A DNA stretch of 64,000 bases from an uncultured Alphaproteobacteria bacterium (GTDB taxonomy: Bacteria; Pseudomonadota; Alphaproteobacteria; HIMB59; GCA-002718135). Shown here one piece after another: positions 49,302 through 59,392 of this stretch (position 1 is its first letter; each line of letters opens with the position of its first letter). The DNA lies in assembly GCA_902625365.1 (NCBI GenBank), contig CACOAX010000001.1, positions 104,310 through 168,309 on the forward strand, given 5' to 3'. Under the pieces are notes generated by a model. That model was not told the origin of the DNA, made no database searches, and saw nothing but the letters and a program-made list of their open reading frames with translations. A program made the position numbers and the translations under genes.

Positions 49302-49895
49302 CTAAGCCTGTATTGTAACATTAAAACTTATTACAATTCTCTCATCATTAGACAGATTTTCGTTAACAGAATGATCAACATAGCTAGGAAATAATATTAG
49401 AGCCCCTTCTTTAGGTGTAATGCTATTAATATGAGCATTAAGTAAATTAGAGCCTACAGCCTCTGGATAATAAAAGACTGGTGCAGGTCTAGGATCATAA
49501 AAGACAATATCACCACAGTTTTTTGGTGCACGTATATAGTAGGCTCCACTTATGGTGCTATTACCATGTTGGTGTCTTGAATTTGTTGAACCTCCAGTAT
49601 TAATTATGGCCCACATATTGCTTATTTTAATAGATTGTTTTTCCTTTTCCCAATTCATATCTATCATTACTTTCTCAATAGACGGTGAAATATTTTTAAT
49701 AAAGTTTTTAGGCTCTGTTTCTTGCATGTTAAAATCTTTTGAATGCCAACCTTTATTATTACTTTTTTTTATTCCTGTTTTATCTTTAATTTGAGATTCT
49801 TTAATGTAAGTATACATTTCTGCATTAATACTTTCAAAATTTTCAAGTTGTATTGTCCAAACAGGAGTAGGAAAGAGAAGATTTGGTTTGTTCAT
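49302..49895 (-). CDS. 2OG-Fe(II) oxygenase-like protein (TIGR02466-type family by recollection)
   Basis: LLFPTPVW N-terminus, NSRHQHGNS, ILFPSYVDHSV. Confidence 0.65.
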   Translation of the reverse strand: MNKPNLLFPTPVWTIQLENFESINAEMYTYIKESQIKDKTGIKKSNNKGWHSKDFNMQETEPKNFIKNISPSIEKVMIDMNWEKEKQSIKISNMWAIINTGGSTNSRHQHGNSTISGAYYIRAPKNCGDIVFYDPRPAPVFYYPEAVGSNLLNAHINSITPKEGALILFPSYVDHSVNENLSNDERIVISFNVTIQA

Positions 49896-50117
49896 ATTTT
49901 ATATTTATATCAATTTGCTGAATCAGTAAACAAAACTTAGTTAAATGTAATCGTGTTAAGTTTTTAATCTAGTCTTTTAGTCTAAAATATTTTTTAATTA
50001 TTTCGATAGTATTTTTAATTCTATAGTCATGCTGTTTAAAATTCTTCCTACCTGAGGTAATTTCGTGATGATTTTTAATTAACATTTTAAGATATTTTGG
50101 AATTTTATTTTTTTTAA

Positions 50118-51035
50118 TCAATGTTTAAATAGTCTATTTTTTGAAAAGTATAATGAAATTTTATTCTTTATTGAAAATGCTATTACCTTTTTATCATTTA
50201 TTGATCCACTCGGTTGAACTACCACATTACAACCATTTTTATAAAGTAGCTTGATACTATCTGTAAAAGGAAAAAATCCATCTGATGCACAAACAAAAAT
50301 TCCTTTTCTAAAATATTTATTCATATTTTTAATAGCTTCTTTTAATGCATCCACTCTATTAGTTTGTCCATGTCCTAATCCTAAAGTTTGTTTATTTCTG
50401 GATAGTACAATAGCATTTGACTTTAAATGCTTTACAACTTTTAGTGAGAAAATTAAGTCATCAATTGATTTTACAGAACCTCTTTTTTTTGAGACCAATT
50501 TAAGAAAATTTTTATTGATTGGTGTCAAATCTGTTGTTTGATACAGATCTCCAAATAGAGTTGATTTATACTCAATAGGCATTTTTTTAATATTAGGCAT
50601 TTTCAATAAAATTAAATTCTTCTTCTTTTCTAATATCTTAAGAGCATCTTGATCATAATCTGAGGCGACAATCATTTCATAAAAGTTTTTAAATATTTTT
50701 TTTGCAAGGCTATAAGAAACTCTACGATTAAGCAAAATTATCCCTCCAAAAGCGCTTATAGGATCACTTTCATAAGATTTATTAAAAGCTACCTCGATAT
50801 TTTTTGCCGAAGCAATACCACAAGGATTTGTATGTTTCAGAATTATTGATGTAGGTTCACGAAATTCTTTTAAGCATTTTAATCCACTATCAAGATCAAT
50901 AAGATTATTATAACTCATTTTTTTTCCATTAATCTTGTATTTTAAAACAGAGGTTTTTGTATTGCTATGTAAATAACTGTTTTGATTTGGGTTTTCACCG
51001 TATCTTAATTTAATTTTTTTGTTTTTATTATTCAT
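50118..51035 (-). CDS. purH: AICAR formyltransferase (C-terminal domain of PurH as a separate ORF)
   Basis: KLRYGENPNQ, KHTNPCGIA, SDPISAFGGII, ASDGFFPF, C-terminal LFKH. Confidence 0.9.
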   Translation of the reverse strand: MNNKNKKIKLRYGENPNQNSYLHSNTKTSVLKYKINGKKMSYNNLIDLDSGLKCLKEFREPTSIILKHTNPCGIASAKNIEVAFNKSYESDPISAFGGIILLNRRVSYSLAKKIFKNFYEMIVASDYDQDALKILEKKKNLILLKMPNIKKMPIEYKSTLFGDLYQTTDLTPINKNFLKLVSKKRGSVKSIDDLIFSLKVVKHLKSNAIVLSRNKQTLGLGHGQTNRVDALKEAIKNMNKYFRKGIFVCASDGFFPFTDSIKLLYKNGCNVVVQPSGSINDKKVIAFSIKNKISLYFSKNRLFKH

Positions 51036-51624
51036 TCAACCAATTAGAAATAACTTTATCATATTTAGAAGTCTCATTAAAAACTTTTAATGCCATTTTT
51101 TTTCTGAAAAAAATATCAGTTGTTCCACTATTTTTATTTAAATTTGTAATTAATTTTTTATAATCCATAATATCTATTATTGGAGTAATATATCTGAAAT
51201 TTTTTCCTGCTGCCCTTAACAGAGCTGGTCCCCCTATATCAATCATTTCTATTATTTTATCGCTATTATGTTTTCCTAAATATTTCTTAAATGGATATAG
51301 ATTTACAACAACGATATCTATTTTAGGGAAATTTAATAATTGAAACTGTTTTAGATGAGTTTTGTTATCTCTTTTGTAGAGCAAAGAGCTGTATATTAGT
51401 GGGTTTAAAGTTTTAACCCTACCATCAAACATTTCTTTAAATTTAGTTAGTTTTGAAATATCTTTACATTTAAAACCCAAACTACGTATTTTTGCTCCCG
51501 TAGAGCCACTTGAAATAAAATTATAATTATATCTATTTAAATTATCACAGAGATATCTTAAATTTTTTTTTTCGAATACAGAGATTAAAGCAAATTTTTT
51601 GTTTAGATTTTTTCTAAGGACCAT
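51028..51624 (-). CDS. purH: IMP cyclohydrolase (MGS-like N-terminal domain of PurH as a separate ORF)
   Basis: FALISVFEKKN, DGRVKTLNP, VVVNLYPF, MIDIGGPALLRAAGKN; stops in the interdomain linker; 8-nt overlap ATGAATAA with the next ORF. Confidence 0.85.
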   Translation of the reverse strand: MVLRKNLNKKFALISVFEKKNLRYLCDNLNRYNYNFISSGSTGAKIRSLGFKCKDISKLTKFKEMFDGRVKTLNPLIYSSLLYKRDNKTHLKQFQLLNFPKIDIVVVNLYPFKKYLGKHNSDKIIEMIDIGGPALLRAAGKNFRYITPIIDIMDYKKLITNLNKNSGTTDIFFRKKMALKVFNETSKYDKVISNWLNE

Positions 51625-53129
51625 TTTTCCATAACCTTTTTATCTGATAATATACCTTTAATTACAATTTGTTTAGTAGGTTTGGTGATATTATTATCCA
51701 CTGATATACTATCTTCTATAATTAATTCAGCATCACTTTTAAAAAGCCAAATATTTTTTAATTTCGTTTTTATAATTATATTTTTTTTATTATTAGTAAA
51801 ATTCAAAATCATTTCGTCTGCTAAGTGAAACCTAATATGATATATTAATCTATCATTTTTATTTTTATAAGAAATTAAACTATCTTCTCCACTTAATTTA
51901 TTTTCATTTTTTGAAATAATTATTTTTCTTTTAATTATTTTATTAAATTTCTTTAAATACCCATTATGTGATGCCTCTAATACCTCTTTTTGTTGATCAG
52001 TTTCCTTTCTAAAGACTACTGATTGAGGAAATTTTGTATGTGGATGATTTTCTTTTATCTCACTGATATTGGTATTTTGTAAAACAATAGTTGAGTGAGC
52101 AGCACTATATCTTAGATATTCTGGATTTTTACCAAAACTTTCTGAAGCGCCACAATTAGTAATTATTTTCTCACCAAATCCACTTAGTTCAAACGACAAA
52201 GTTCCTGCGCTCAGGTTAGAACTTATCATATCTGAGCTAGGTTGAACTACGTCAAAAAAAATTTTTTTATATTTATCTGAATAAAATGCTATTCCATTAT
52301 TTATATTAGAAAATTCTCTTTTTTTTAAATAACTTTCTTTATTTAAAGATTTGTAAATACTTTTTGTATAAATATTATTTGATCCATTAAACAGCGGTAA
52401 TGTACCATCGTAATGAAAGTATTCGTTCAATATAGATGTCATTTTAAGAATTATTTTATCAAATATGTTTGATTGCTCTAATTTAAAAAAAAGAAGTATA
52501 TTTTTTATTTCATTCAGATTGTTAATAAATTTAGAATGTTCTAACAAATTATAACTCTTGTGCATACCTAACTTATCTACCTGATTATCAACAATAAATT
52601 TTACATATTTTATTTTATTTTCATTTGTTCTATTTAAAATAGAACAAGATAACAAATATGCCACAAGATCAAACGAAGTTAATTCAGTTATTTTTTTGTA
52701 ATTAAAATCGAACAATATTCTTTGAATATGAAAATAAATTATAGAATCTAGCTTCTTTTTATCATTCACTTTTGACGAGGAGTTTATATAGTCATAATTA
52801 TATAAAAGATTTATTAATCTTTTTGACGGTGAATCATCTAGCCAGGGAAAGCCCAACTTTTTTTTATTTACCCTATACCAACCAAAAATAGCTTTTTTTG
52901 ATAAATTTATTCCAATTTTACCTCCAAGTTTATTTGAAAAATTTAAGAAATCAAAATTATGAATATTTTTATTGTTATAAAAATCTTTTTTAAAAATAAA
53001 TGATTTTATTTTTTTGTGATTTGTAAAATCAATTTTTCTAAAATTAAGATCTAAATAAGATAAGTTTTTGTTAGTATTAAATTTTGATGTTATGTTAAGA
53101 AATATTATTTTTTTTAAAGTTAAAATCAT
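51603..53129 (-). CDS. heparinase II/III-like family protein
   Basis: AGTLSFELSGFGEKIITNCG ... YSAAHSTIVL; rsmB-heparinase-like-purH order is conserved in alphaproteobacteria (recollection). Confidence 0.7.
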   Translation of the reverse strand: MILTLKKIIFLNITSKFNTNKNLSYLDLNFRKIDFTNHKKIKSFIFKKDFYNNKNIHNFDFLNFSNKLGGKIGINLSKKAIFGWYRVNKKKLGFPWLDDSPSKRLINLLYNYDYINSSSKVNDKKKLDSIIYFHIQRILFDFNYKKITELTSFDLVAYLLSCSILNRTNENKIKYVKFIVDNQVDKLGMHKSYNLLEHSKFINNLNEIKNILLFFKLEQSNIFDKIILKMTSILNEYFHYDGTLPLFNGSNNIYTKSIYKSLNKESYLKKREFSNINNGIAFYSDKYKKIFFDVVQPSSDMISSNLSAGTLSFELSGFGEKIITNCGASESFGKNPEYLRYSAAHSTIVLQNTNISEIKENHPHTKFPQSVVFRKETDQQKEVLEASHNGYLKKFNKIIKRKIIISKNENKLSGEDSLISYKNKNDRLIYHIRFHLADEMILNFTNNKKNIIIKTKLKNIWLFKSDAELIIEDSISVDNNITKPTKQIVIKGILSDKKVMEKWSLEKI

Positions 53130-54391
53130 TTTATTTTTTTTAGATATGATGCAAAATATCCATCTATATTACAATTTAAAATCATATTAGGCATAGTAAT
53201 CATACAATTATTCTTAATTAATTTTAAGTAATTATCTTCATTTTCTACAAGCTTGAAATCAGCTTTTAAAAAATTTGAATTTGTTTTGAGAAACTTATCG
53301 ACTTGATCAACTGTTTCGATCTTTAAAAAAGAACAAACCATATAAATTATATATCCATTTTTGTTCAATAAAGTTGAAGCTTTACCTAACATATTCTCTT
53401 GCAATGAAATTAGTTCATTAAAATTTGGACCATTTTTTTTGAATAAAATCTCAGGATTTTTTCTAATTGTTCCAACAGCAGAACATGGGGCATCAATTAT
53501 GATTATGTCATATTTTTCTTTATCATCAAATTTAGTAAAATCTCTATTTAGTATTCGAGCACTTAATTGTAGACGTTTTAAATTATCTTTAAGGGTTTTA
53601 ATTCTAGTTTTATTAATATCATTTAGAACAACATCGTGTTTCTTAGATAATATTTGAAAAGATTTTCCTCCTGGGGCCGCACATGCATCTAAAAATTTTT
53701 TATTATTTTTCTCTTGAAAATTATGCAGTGGAAGAAATGAGCTAAAATCTTGAACCCACCAATCACCATTAATGAAAGATTTCTTATTTTGGATATCCTT
53801 TTTATTTAATAAAAAACCTGAAATTTTTGACGTTCTAATTAAATTATCTTCGAATTTGCTCAACTTATCTTCATTTTTAAAAACAATATGAATATCTGGT
53901 TCCTTATAAAAATAATTTAAAAATTGTTTTTTTTCAAAATAAGATAAAGAATAGGTTTTTTTTTGAAACCAAGATTGAAAATCACTAAAGTTAATTTTTA
54001 TTTCCTTTAAATCATTTTTATTTTTAGCTATTTTTTTTAAACTAGCATTAATTAAGCCTGGATAAAGCCTCAATTTTTTTGCTATTTCAACTGAACAATT
54101 TATTACAGCATATTCTTTAAAGTCCAAAAATACAATTTGAGTTATTGCGCTTATTAATAAAATCTTTTCCTGATCTCTTAATTTTTTTTTTATATATTTT
54201 TTAATTATTTTAATACAATGTAAATGAAACCTCATTGAGTTTAGTGTTACATTATACAAAAAGGAAATATCTTCTGTTTTTTGTTTATTAATTTTTTTTT
54301 TGATTGAAGAATTATTTAGTGTTTTATTAAATTTATAAACTGAAAATAGTATATTATGAATTTCAAATCTAATTTTTAAACCTTTTACCAT
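53126..54391 (-). CDS. rsmB: 16S rRNA (cytosine967-C5)-methyltransferase RsmB/Sun
   Basis: LDACAAPGGKSF, IIIDAPCSAVGTIRKNPE; NusB-like N-terminal domain. Confidence 0.88.
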   Translation of the reverse strand: MVKGLKIRFEIHNILFSVYKFNKTLNNSSIKKKINKQKTEDISFLYNVTLNSMRFHLHCIKIIKKYIKKKLRDQEKILLISAITQIVFLDFKEYAVINCSVEIAKKLRLYPGLINASLKKIAKNKNDLKEIKINFSDFQSWFQKKTYSLSYFEKKQFLNYFYKEPDIHIVFKNEDKLSKFEDNLIRTSKISGFLLNKKDIQNKKSFINGDWWVQDFSSFLPLHNFQEKNNKKFLDACAAPGGKSFQILSKKHDVVLNDINKTRIKTLKDNLKRLQLSARILNRDFTKFDDKEKYDIIIIDAPCSAVGTIRKNPEILFKKNGPNFNELISLQENMLGKASTLLNKNGYIIYMVCSFLKIETVDQVDKFLKTNSNFLKADFKLVENEDNYLKLIKNNCMITMPNMILNCNIDGYFASYLKKIK

Positions 54392-54460
54392 TACAACAAA
54401 TAATTTCTATTTATTTAAAATAATTATATAATAAAGAATAAAAATAAAATATATTGAGTT

Positions 54461-55012
54461 ATGCGAGGGAATCTTGAGACAATTGTTGGTGCTATGTTTG
54501 CTGGTAAAACGAGTGAACTATTAAAAAGAATTCTTTGGGCAAAACACCAAAATAAAAAAATTATAGTAATCAAACCAAGCATAGATGATAGATATTCAAA
54601 CGAAAAAATAATTACTCATAATGATCTAAGCCACCAATGTTACGCAATGACTGATTGGGCAACAACTCTTAAAAAATTCATTTTCGAAAAAAAAGAAGTT
54701 GATATGGTTTTTCTAGACGAGATTCAGTTTATGAATACGAATGACACACTTAGTAATGTTGAGATAATTTTGAGTAAGGGTATAGACGTAGTTTGTGCTG
54801 GTCTTGATCAAGACTCTAGAGGAAAACCATGGGAAACTTCATCAATGCTTCTTGGATTATCTGACAAGATTGTCAAAATTTATGGATTTTGTAATGTGTG
54901 CGGTTTAGAAGCTACTAAAACATTTCGAAAAACAGAAGGCGGTCAAAGAACCCAGGTTGGTGCAGCTAATATATATGAGCCAAGGTGTTTGAAACATTGG
55001 GAGCCTAGATAA
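54461..55012 (+). CDS. tdk: thymidine kinase
   Basis: P-loop GAMFAGKTSELL, VFLDEIQF, C-terminal Cys pairs (CNVCG ... EPRC). Confidence 0.92.
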   Translation: MRGNLETIVGAMFAGKTSELLKRILWAKHQNKKIIVIKPSIDDRYSNEKIITHNDLSHQCYAMTDWATTLKKFIFEKKEVDMVFLDEIQFMNTNDTLSNVEIILSKGIDVVCAGLDQDSRGKPWETSSMLLGLSDKIVKIYGFCNVCGLEATKTFRKTEGGQRTQVGAANIYEPRCLKHWEPR

Positions 55013-56935
55013 CTAAATATTTTTTCTATTATCTATCAAATCATTTACAACAGAGGGATCAGCAAGAGTCGATGTGTCTCCTAAATTCTCAAAATCATTA
55101 CATGCAATTTTTCTCAGAATCCTTCTCATTATTTTCCCTGAACGTGTTTTAGGCAGACCAGACGTAATATGGATAAAATCGGGTGTTGCAATTGGTCCAA
55201 TCCTCTCTCTTATTGTTTTTTTTAAATCATTCACCAAATCATCAGATGTATCAACACCAACTTTTAGAGAAACATAGCAATATAGACCATTACCTTTAAT
55301 TTCATGGGGATAGCCAACAACTGCAGCCTCAGATACATCTTTGTGAGACACAAATGCACTTTCTATTTCAGCAGACCCTAAATTATGTCCTGATACAATT
55401 ATTACATCATCAACTCTTCCAGTAATCCAGTAGTAGCCGTCTTTATCCCTTCTACACCCATCGCCAGTAAAGTATTTTCCATCAAACTGTGAAAAATATG
55501 TATCAATAAATCTTTTATGATCACCATAAACAGTTCTCATTTGACCAGGCCATGATCTTTTCATACAAAGCATTCCTTCGCATTCACCCTCTAATTCTTC
55601 TCCTTCTTTATTTACTATACAGGGCTCAACTCCAAAAAAAGGTTTTGATGCAGATCCTGGTTTTAGTTCCATCGCTCCAGTTTGAGGAGATATTAGAATA
55701 CCACCAGTCTCAGTTTGCCACCACGTATCTACAATAGGACATTTTGAATTCCCAGGAACTTCAAAATACCATTTCCATGCTTCTGGATTAATTGGCTCAC
55801 CTACACTTCCTAAAAGTTTTAATGATGATCTATTAGTTTTTTTGACATATTCATCTCCTTCTCGCATTAGAGCTCTAATCGCAGTAGGGGCAGTATAAAA
55901 TATGTTAACTTTGTGCTTATCCACTATTTGCCAAAATCTAGAAAAATCAGGATAATTTGGAACACCCTCAAACATTAATGTTGTGGCACCATTAGCAAGC
56001 GGCCCATAGATAATGTAGCTATGACCCGTAATCCAACCAATATCAGCTGTACACCAATAAATATCGTCTGGCTTATAATTAAATATGTATTCATGGGTCA
56101 TTGATGCATAAACCAAATACCCACCACTTGTGTGCATTACTCCTTTAGGTTTTCCTGTAGAGCCTGAGGTATACAAAATAAATAATGGATCTTCTGCATT
56201 TAAAACCTCAGGTTCGCAAATATCCTCAACCTCATTAACTAGATCTTCATAAAAAATATCTCTATTTAATTTTAGTTCTATCTCTTTATTTGTCCTTTTG
56301 ACTATTAAACATTTTTTAACTTCAGGACAAGATTCTAGCGCTTGATCAACTGTTAGTTTTAACGGAATTTTTTTACCACCTCTTACACCTTCATCAGCAG
56401 TTATAATATACTCAGATCCACAATCTTGTATTCTTCCTGCTATTGACTCTGCTGAAAAACCACCAAAGATTATAGAATGGACAGCACCAATTCTAGCGCA
56501 TGCTAACATAGTGTAAGCTAACTCAGGTATCATTGTTAAATATATTGTAACTCTGTCACCTTTTTTTATTCCAATTTTTTTTAATACGTTTGCTGCTTTA
56601 GAAACATTTATTAAAAGTTCTTTATAGGTTATTTTTTTTGTATCTCCAGGTTCATCTCCTTCCCAAATTATTGCGACTCTATCAGGATTCTCTTTCGCGT
56701 GTCTATCTATACAGTTATATGAAACATTCAGTTTTCCATCTTCATACCATTTTATACTTACGTCCTTATTAGAATATCTTGTATTTCTTATCTTAGTATA
56801 TTTTTCATACCAATCTATTCTACTGCCATGTTTATTCCAGAATTCGTCACCATTCTCTATGGATTCCTGGTATAGAGAAATATATCTTTCTGAATTTACT
56901 TTACTTTCCTTTATCCATTCTTCTTTAATTTTCAT
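55013..56935 (-). CDS. acs: acetyl-CoA synthetase
   Basis: [16 protein letters not shown]-binding motif, [12 protein letters not shown]; 640 aa. Confidence 0.97.
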   Translation of the reverse strand: MKIKEEWIKESKVNSERYISLYQESIENGDEFWNKHGSRIDWYEKYTKIRNTRYSNKDVSIKWYEDGKLNVSYNCIDRHAKENPDRVAIIWEGDEPGDTKKITYKELLINVSKAANVLKKIGIKKGDRVTIYLTMIPELAYTMLACARIGAVHSIIFGGFSAESIAGRIQDCGSEYIITADEGVRGGKKIPLKLTVDQALESCPEVKKCLIVKRTNKEIELKLNRDIFYEDLVNEVEDICEPEVLNAEDPLFILYTSGSTGKPKGVMHTSGGYLVYASMTHEYIFNYKPDDIYWCTADIGWITGHSYIIYGPLANGATTLMFEGVPNYPDFSRFWQIVDKHKVNIFYTAPTAIRALMREGDEYVKKTNRSSLKLLGSVGEPINPEAWKWYFEVPGNSKCPIVDTWWQTETGGILISPQTGAMELKPGSASKPFFGVEPCIVNKEGEELEGECEGMLCMKRSWPGQMRTVYGDHKRFIDTYFSQFDGKYFTGDGCRRDKDGYYWITGRVDDVIIVSGHNLGSAEIESAFVSHKDVSEAAVVGYPHEIKGNGLYCYVSLKVGVDTSDDLVNDLKKTIRERIGPIATPDFIHITSGLPKTRSGKIMRRILRKIACNDFENLGDTSTLADPSVVNDLIDNRKNI

Positions 56936-56974
56936 TATCTAATAAGAATATTTGTAAAAATATAAAAATTCAAC

Positions 56975-57859
56975 TTATTTATAATTAAATTTATTCATAA
57001 TTTTTTTAAATTTATCTTCTATTTTAATAATTTGTTCTTTGCTCAATTTATTCTTCCATTGATTTTTTGTACCTGATTTAAAAAACCGCCTTCCAACTTG
57101 TGCTTCTTCGAAACCATCATTTAATTCTATTTCCTTTAATTTTTGAAAGTCTGTTGTTTTCAAAATATTAACAATTTTACTATCTAAATTCTGAAATTTA
57201 AAACCAAATCTATCAATAAAAAAATTTGCTATAGCTTTGATCGTTTCTTCCTTTTTATAAACAAGGTCCTCAAACCTCAGTATTAAAAGAGGACAATCCC
57301 AATTAATTGAAGTCCATGAGACAACATGTTTATCCCATCTTGAAAGAAAGGATGAAGGTTTATTTTCAATGTCAAAAATTTTATTTTCTCTTTCAATCCA
57401 TGATAGTGTTGCTAAATCATTAGTCATGAATTCAATACTTTCATTAAATGTTTTACTAGTATGATTAGCCCAAGAAATACATACATCTCTTGGATCTCTG
57501 ATAATATAAATTATTCCCCTTGTATTTTCTTCTGAAGTAAAAAAATTATTATTAATACTAAAGTTACCTGAATGAGTTTTAAAAAATTTAAAATCCTCAT
57601 TAAATCCTAGATTCCTTTTTTCCTGTATTTTAAGCAAATATTTATAAAAAATTGTTGTACTTTTTAATTTATTTAAATCATTTCCTATTAATTTTTTTAT
57701 TTTAGATACAAAATATGTGTCTTCAAAAGTAGTAATAGTTTCAAGAAGTTTGAAATTAAAAACTCCATTTTCAGTAAAAAAAAGAGAAGAGAGGATTGCT
57801 CTAAGAAGTGTGTTCCCGCTTTTAGGATAGGATGCTAGCCAAAAAATATGTTTAGTCAT
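56975..57859 (-). CDS. PAPS-dependent sulfotransferase-domain protein
   Basis: 5'-PSB SYPKSGNTLLRA, 3'-PB IYIIRDPRDVCIS. Confidence 0.8.
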   Translation of the reverse strand: MTKHIFWLASYPKSGNTLLRAILSSLFFTENGVFNFKLLETITTFEDTYFVSKIKKLIGNDLNKLKSTTIFYKYLLKIQEKRNLGFNEDFKFFKTHSGNFSINNNFFTSEENTRGIIYIIRDPRDVCISWANHTSKTFNESIEFMTNDLATLSWIERENKIFDIENKPSSFLSRWDKHVVSWTSINWDCPLLILRFEDLVYKKEETIKAIANFFIDRFGFKFQNLDSKIVNILKTTDFQKLKEIELNDGFEEAQVGRRFFKSGTKNQWKNKLSKEQIIKIEDKFKKIMNKFNYK

Positions 57860-57864
57860 ACCGA

Positions 57865-58281
57865 TTAATTATATGACATTGATGACAATTTTATTATCTC
57901 TTTCCACTCAATTTTATTTATGGGCATAACAGAAAGCCTACTTTGTTTAACAAGAGCAATATTTTTGAGTTTTTTATTTTCTTTTATCTGATCGAGAGAG
58001 ACTGGGTTTTTTAATTTTTTTGTTGCTTTAACATCAACCACAACAAAACGTTCTGTTTTATCAGTAGGATCTGGGTAATATTCTTTTACAACCTTAACAA
58101 TACCAACAATACTTCTTTCTGTTACTGAATGATAAAAAAAACATAAGTCATTTTTTTTCATTTCTTTTAAATTATTTCTAGCTTGATAATTTCGGACCCC
58201 ATCCCACATCGATGCCCCTTCTTTGACTTGATTATCCCAAGACCAGGCACTAGGTTCAGATTTCAACAACCAATATTTCAT
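57865..58281 (-). CDS. EVE (PUA-like) domain protein
   Basis: MKYWLLKSEPSAWSW ... WDGVRNYQARNNL ... CFFYHS. Confidence 0.85.
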   Translation of the reverse strand: MKYWLLKSEPSAWSWDNQVKEGASMWDGVRNYQARNNLKEMKKNDLCFFYHSVTERSIVGIVKVVKEYYPDPTDKTERFVVVDVKATKKLKNPVSLDQIKENKKLKNIALVKQSRLSVMPINKIEWKEIIKLSSMSYN

Positions 58282-58320
58282 TTTAATATTCTATAGTTCA
58301 AATTTATTACAAGATTAATT

Positions 58321-59349
58321 TTATAATACACTTCTTACTCCTAATCTAGGCATTGGTTTAAAAAATAAATCATTTCTGTCTTTTTTATAAAATTTCATAC
58401 ATGCCCAAGCAATCATTGCCGCATTGTCTCCCATCATTTCTTTTATAGGATAATAAATTTCAATATTTCTCTCGACGAAAAAATTTTCTATTTTACTTCG
58501 AATATATTTGTTGTTTGATACTCCTCCTACTACCGAAATTGATCTTATATTTTTATTTTCATAACTTAATCTTTTTAATCCTCTTTCTAACTTTTCAATA
58601 AGAATTTCAGTAATATTTTTTTGAAATGATGCTGATAAATCTTCTACAAAATTTTTATCAATTTTATTTTTTTTTGTTAAAAGATTTATATTCGTTTTAA
58701 TACCTGAAAATGAAAAATTAAAATTTTTTTCTTTAACTAATGGTTTTGGTAAATCAAATTTGTCCTCATTCCCTTTAAGTGCTTGATATTCAATTTCACT
58801 ACCACCAGGATATGATAGACCAATCAATTTTGCTGTTTTGTCAAAAGCTTCTCCTATTGCATCATCAACACTTTGACCCAATAGCTCTATTTCATTCTCA
58901 CTTTCCATCAAATAAACTTGAGTATGACCTCCAGTTAAAAGCAAGATGAGATTTGGAAATTTAATATTGTTATTAAAACTCGTAGACAATATATGTCCTT
59001 CAAGATGATTAGTTGGAATGAATGGTTTGTTAAAAGAAATTGCTAAAGATTTGGTAAAAGTTGAGCCAACCAATAAACTCCCTATAAGTCCGGGCCCACA
59101 AGTAGCAGTAAAAACATCTATTCCTTTTGGTTCTATTTTTTTATTACTAAATAAATCATTTGTTATACTTTGTATTTTTTCCAAATGTGATCTTGAAGCT
59201 AACTCTGGAACAACCCCACCATGTTTTTTATGAATTTCCTGAGAAAAAGTAATATGCTCTACAATAGATCTGTTTTCCATTAAGCATATTGATGTTTCGT
59301 CGCACGAAGTTTCTGCTGCAAATACAAGCATATTTTTTTGGTACAGCAT
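58321..59349 (-). CDS. tsaD: tRNA N6-adenosine threonylcarbamoyltransferase TsaD
   Basis: AAETSCDETS, HLEGH, VVGGVSNN. Alternative start Met 59331. Confidence 0.95.
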   Translation of the reverse strand: MLYQKNMLVFAAETSCDETSICLMENRSIVEHITFSQEIHKKHGGVVPELASRSHLEKIQSITNDLFSNKKIEPKGIDVFTATCGPGLIGSLLVGSTFTKSLAISFNKPFIPTNHLEGHILSTSFNNNIKFPNLILLLTGGHTQVYLMESENEIELLGQSVDDAIGEAFDKTAKLIGLSYPGGSEIEYQALKGNEDKFDLPKPLVKEKNFNFSFSGIKTNINLLTKKNKIDKNFVEDLSASFQKNITEILIEKLERGLKRLSYENKNIRSISVVGGVSNNKYIRSKIENFFVERNIEIYYPIKEMMGDNAAMIAWACMKFYKKDRNDLFFKPMPRLGVRSVL

Positions 59350-59392
59350 TTTACACTGTTAAACAACAAACTAATAATGCTAAAAAAACACC

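Larger units (their letters stand above)
41435..50117. other. composite accessory island at tRNA-Gly (modules A-D delimited by tRNA-3'-half repeats)
   Basis: Lies between core blh/tRNA-Gly and the core purH-heparinase-rsmB block. Has long AT-rich gaps, mixed strand orientation and glycan-tailoring cargo. Right boundary is approximate. Confidence 0.55.

Noticed and set aside
49969-50085. 38-aa minus-strand ORF (MLIKNHHEITSGRKNFKQHDYRIKNTIEIIKKYFRLKD) in the island/purH gap.
   Set aside because: It is too short, has no motif and no SD. It could be a gene remnant, but this cannot be supported from sequence alone.
49896-50117. Search for a fifth (distal) tRNA-Gly-derived repeat at the right end of the island, for example TTGCTGAATCAG near 49910.
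   Set aside because: The match requires a 6-nt deletion and similarity is lost after 12 nt, so it is indistinguishable from chance. The right island boundary therefore remains approximate.
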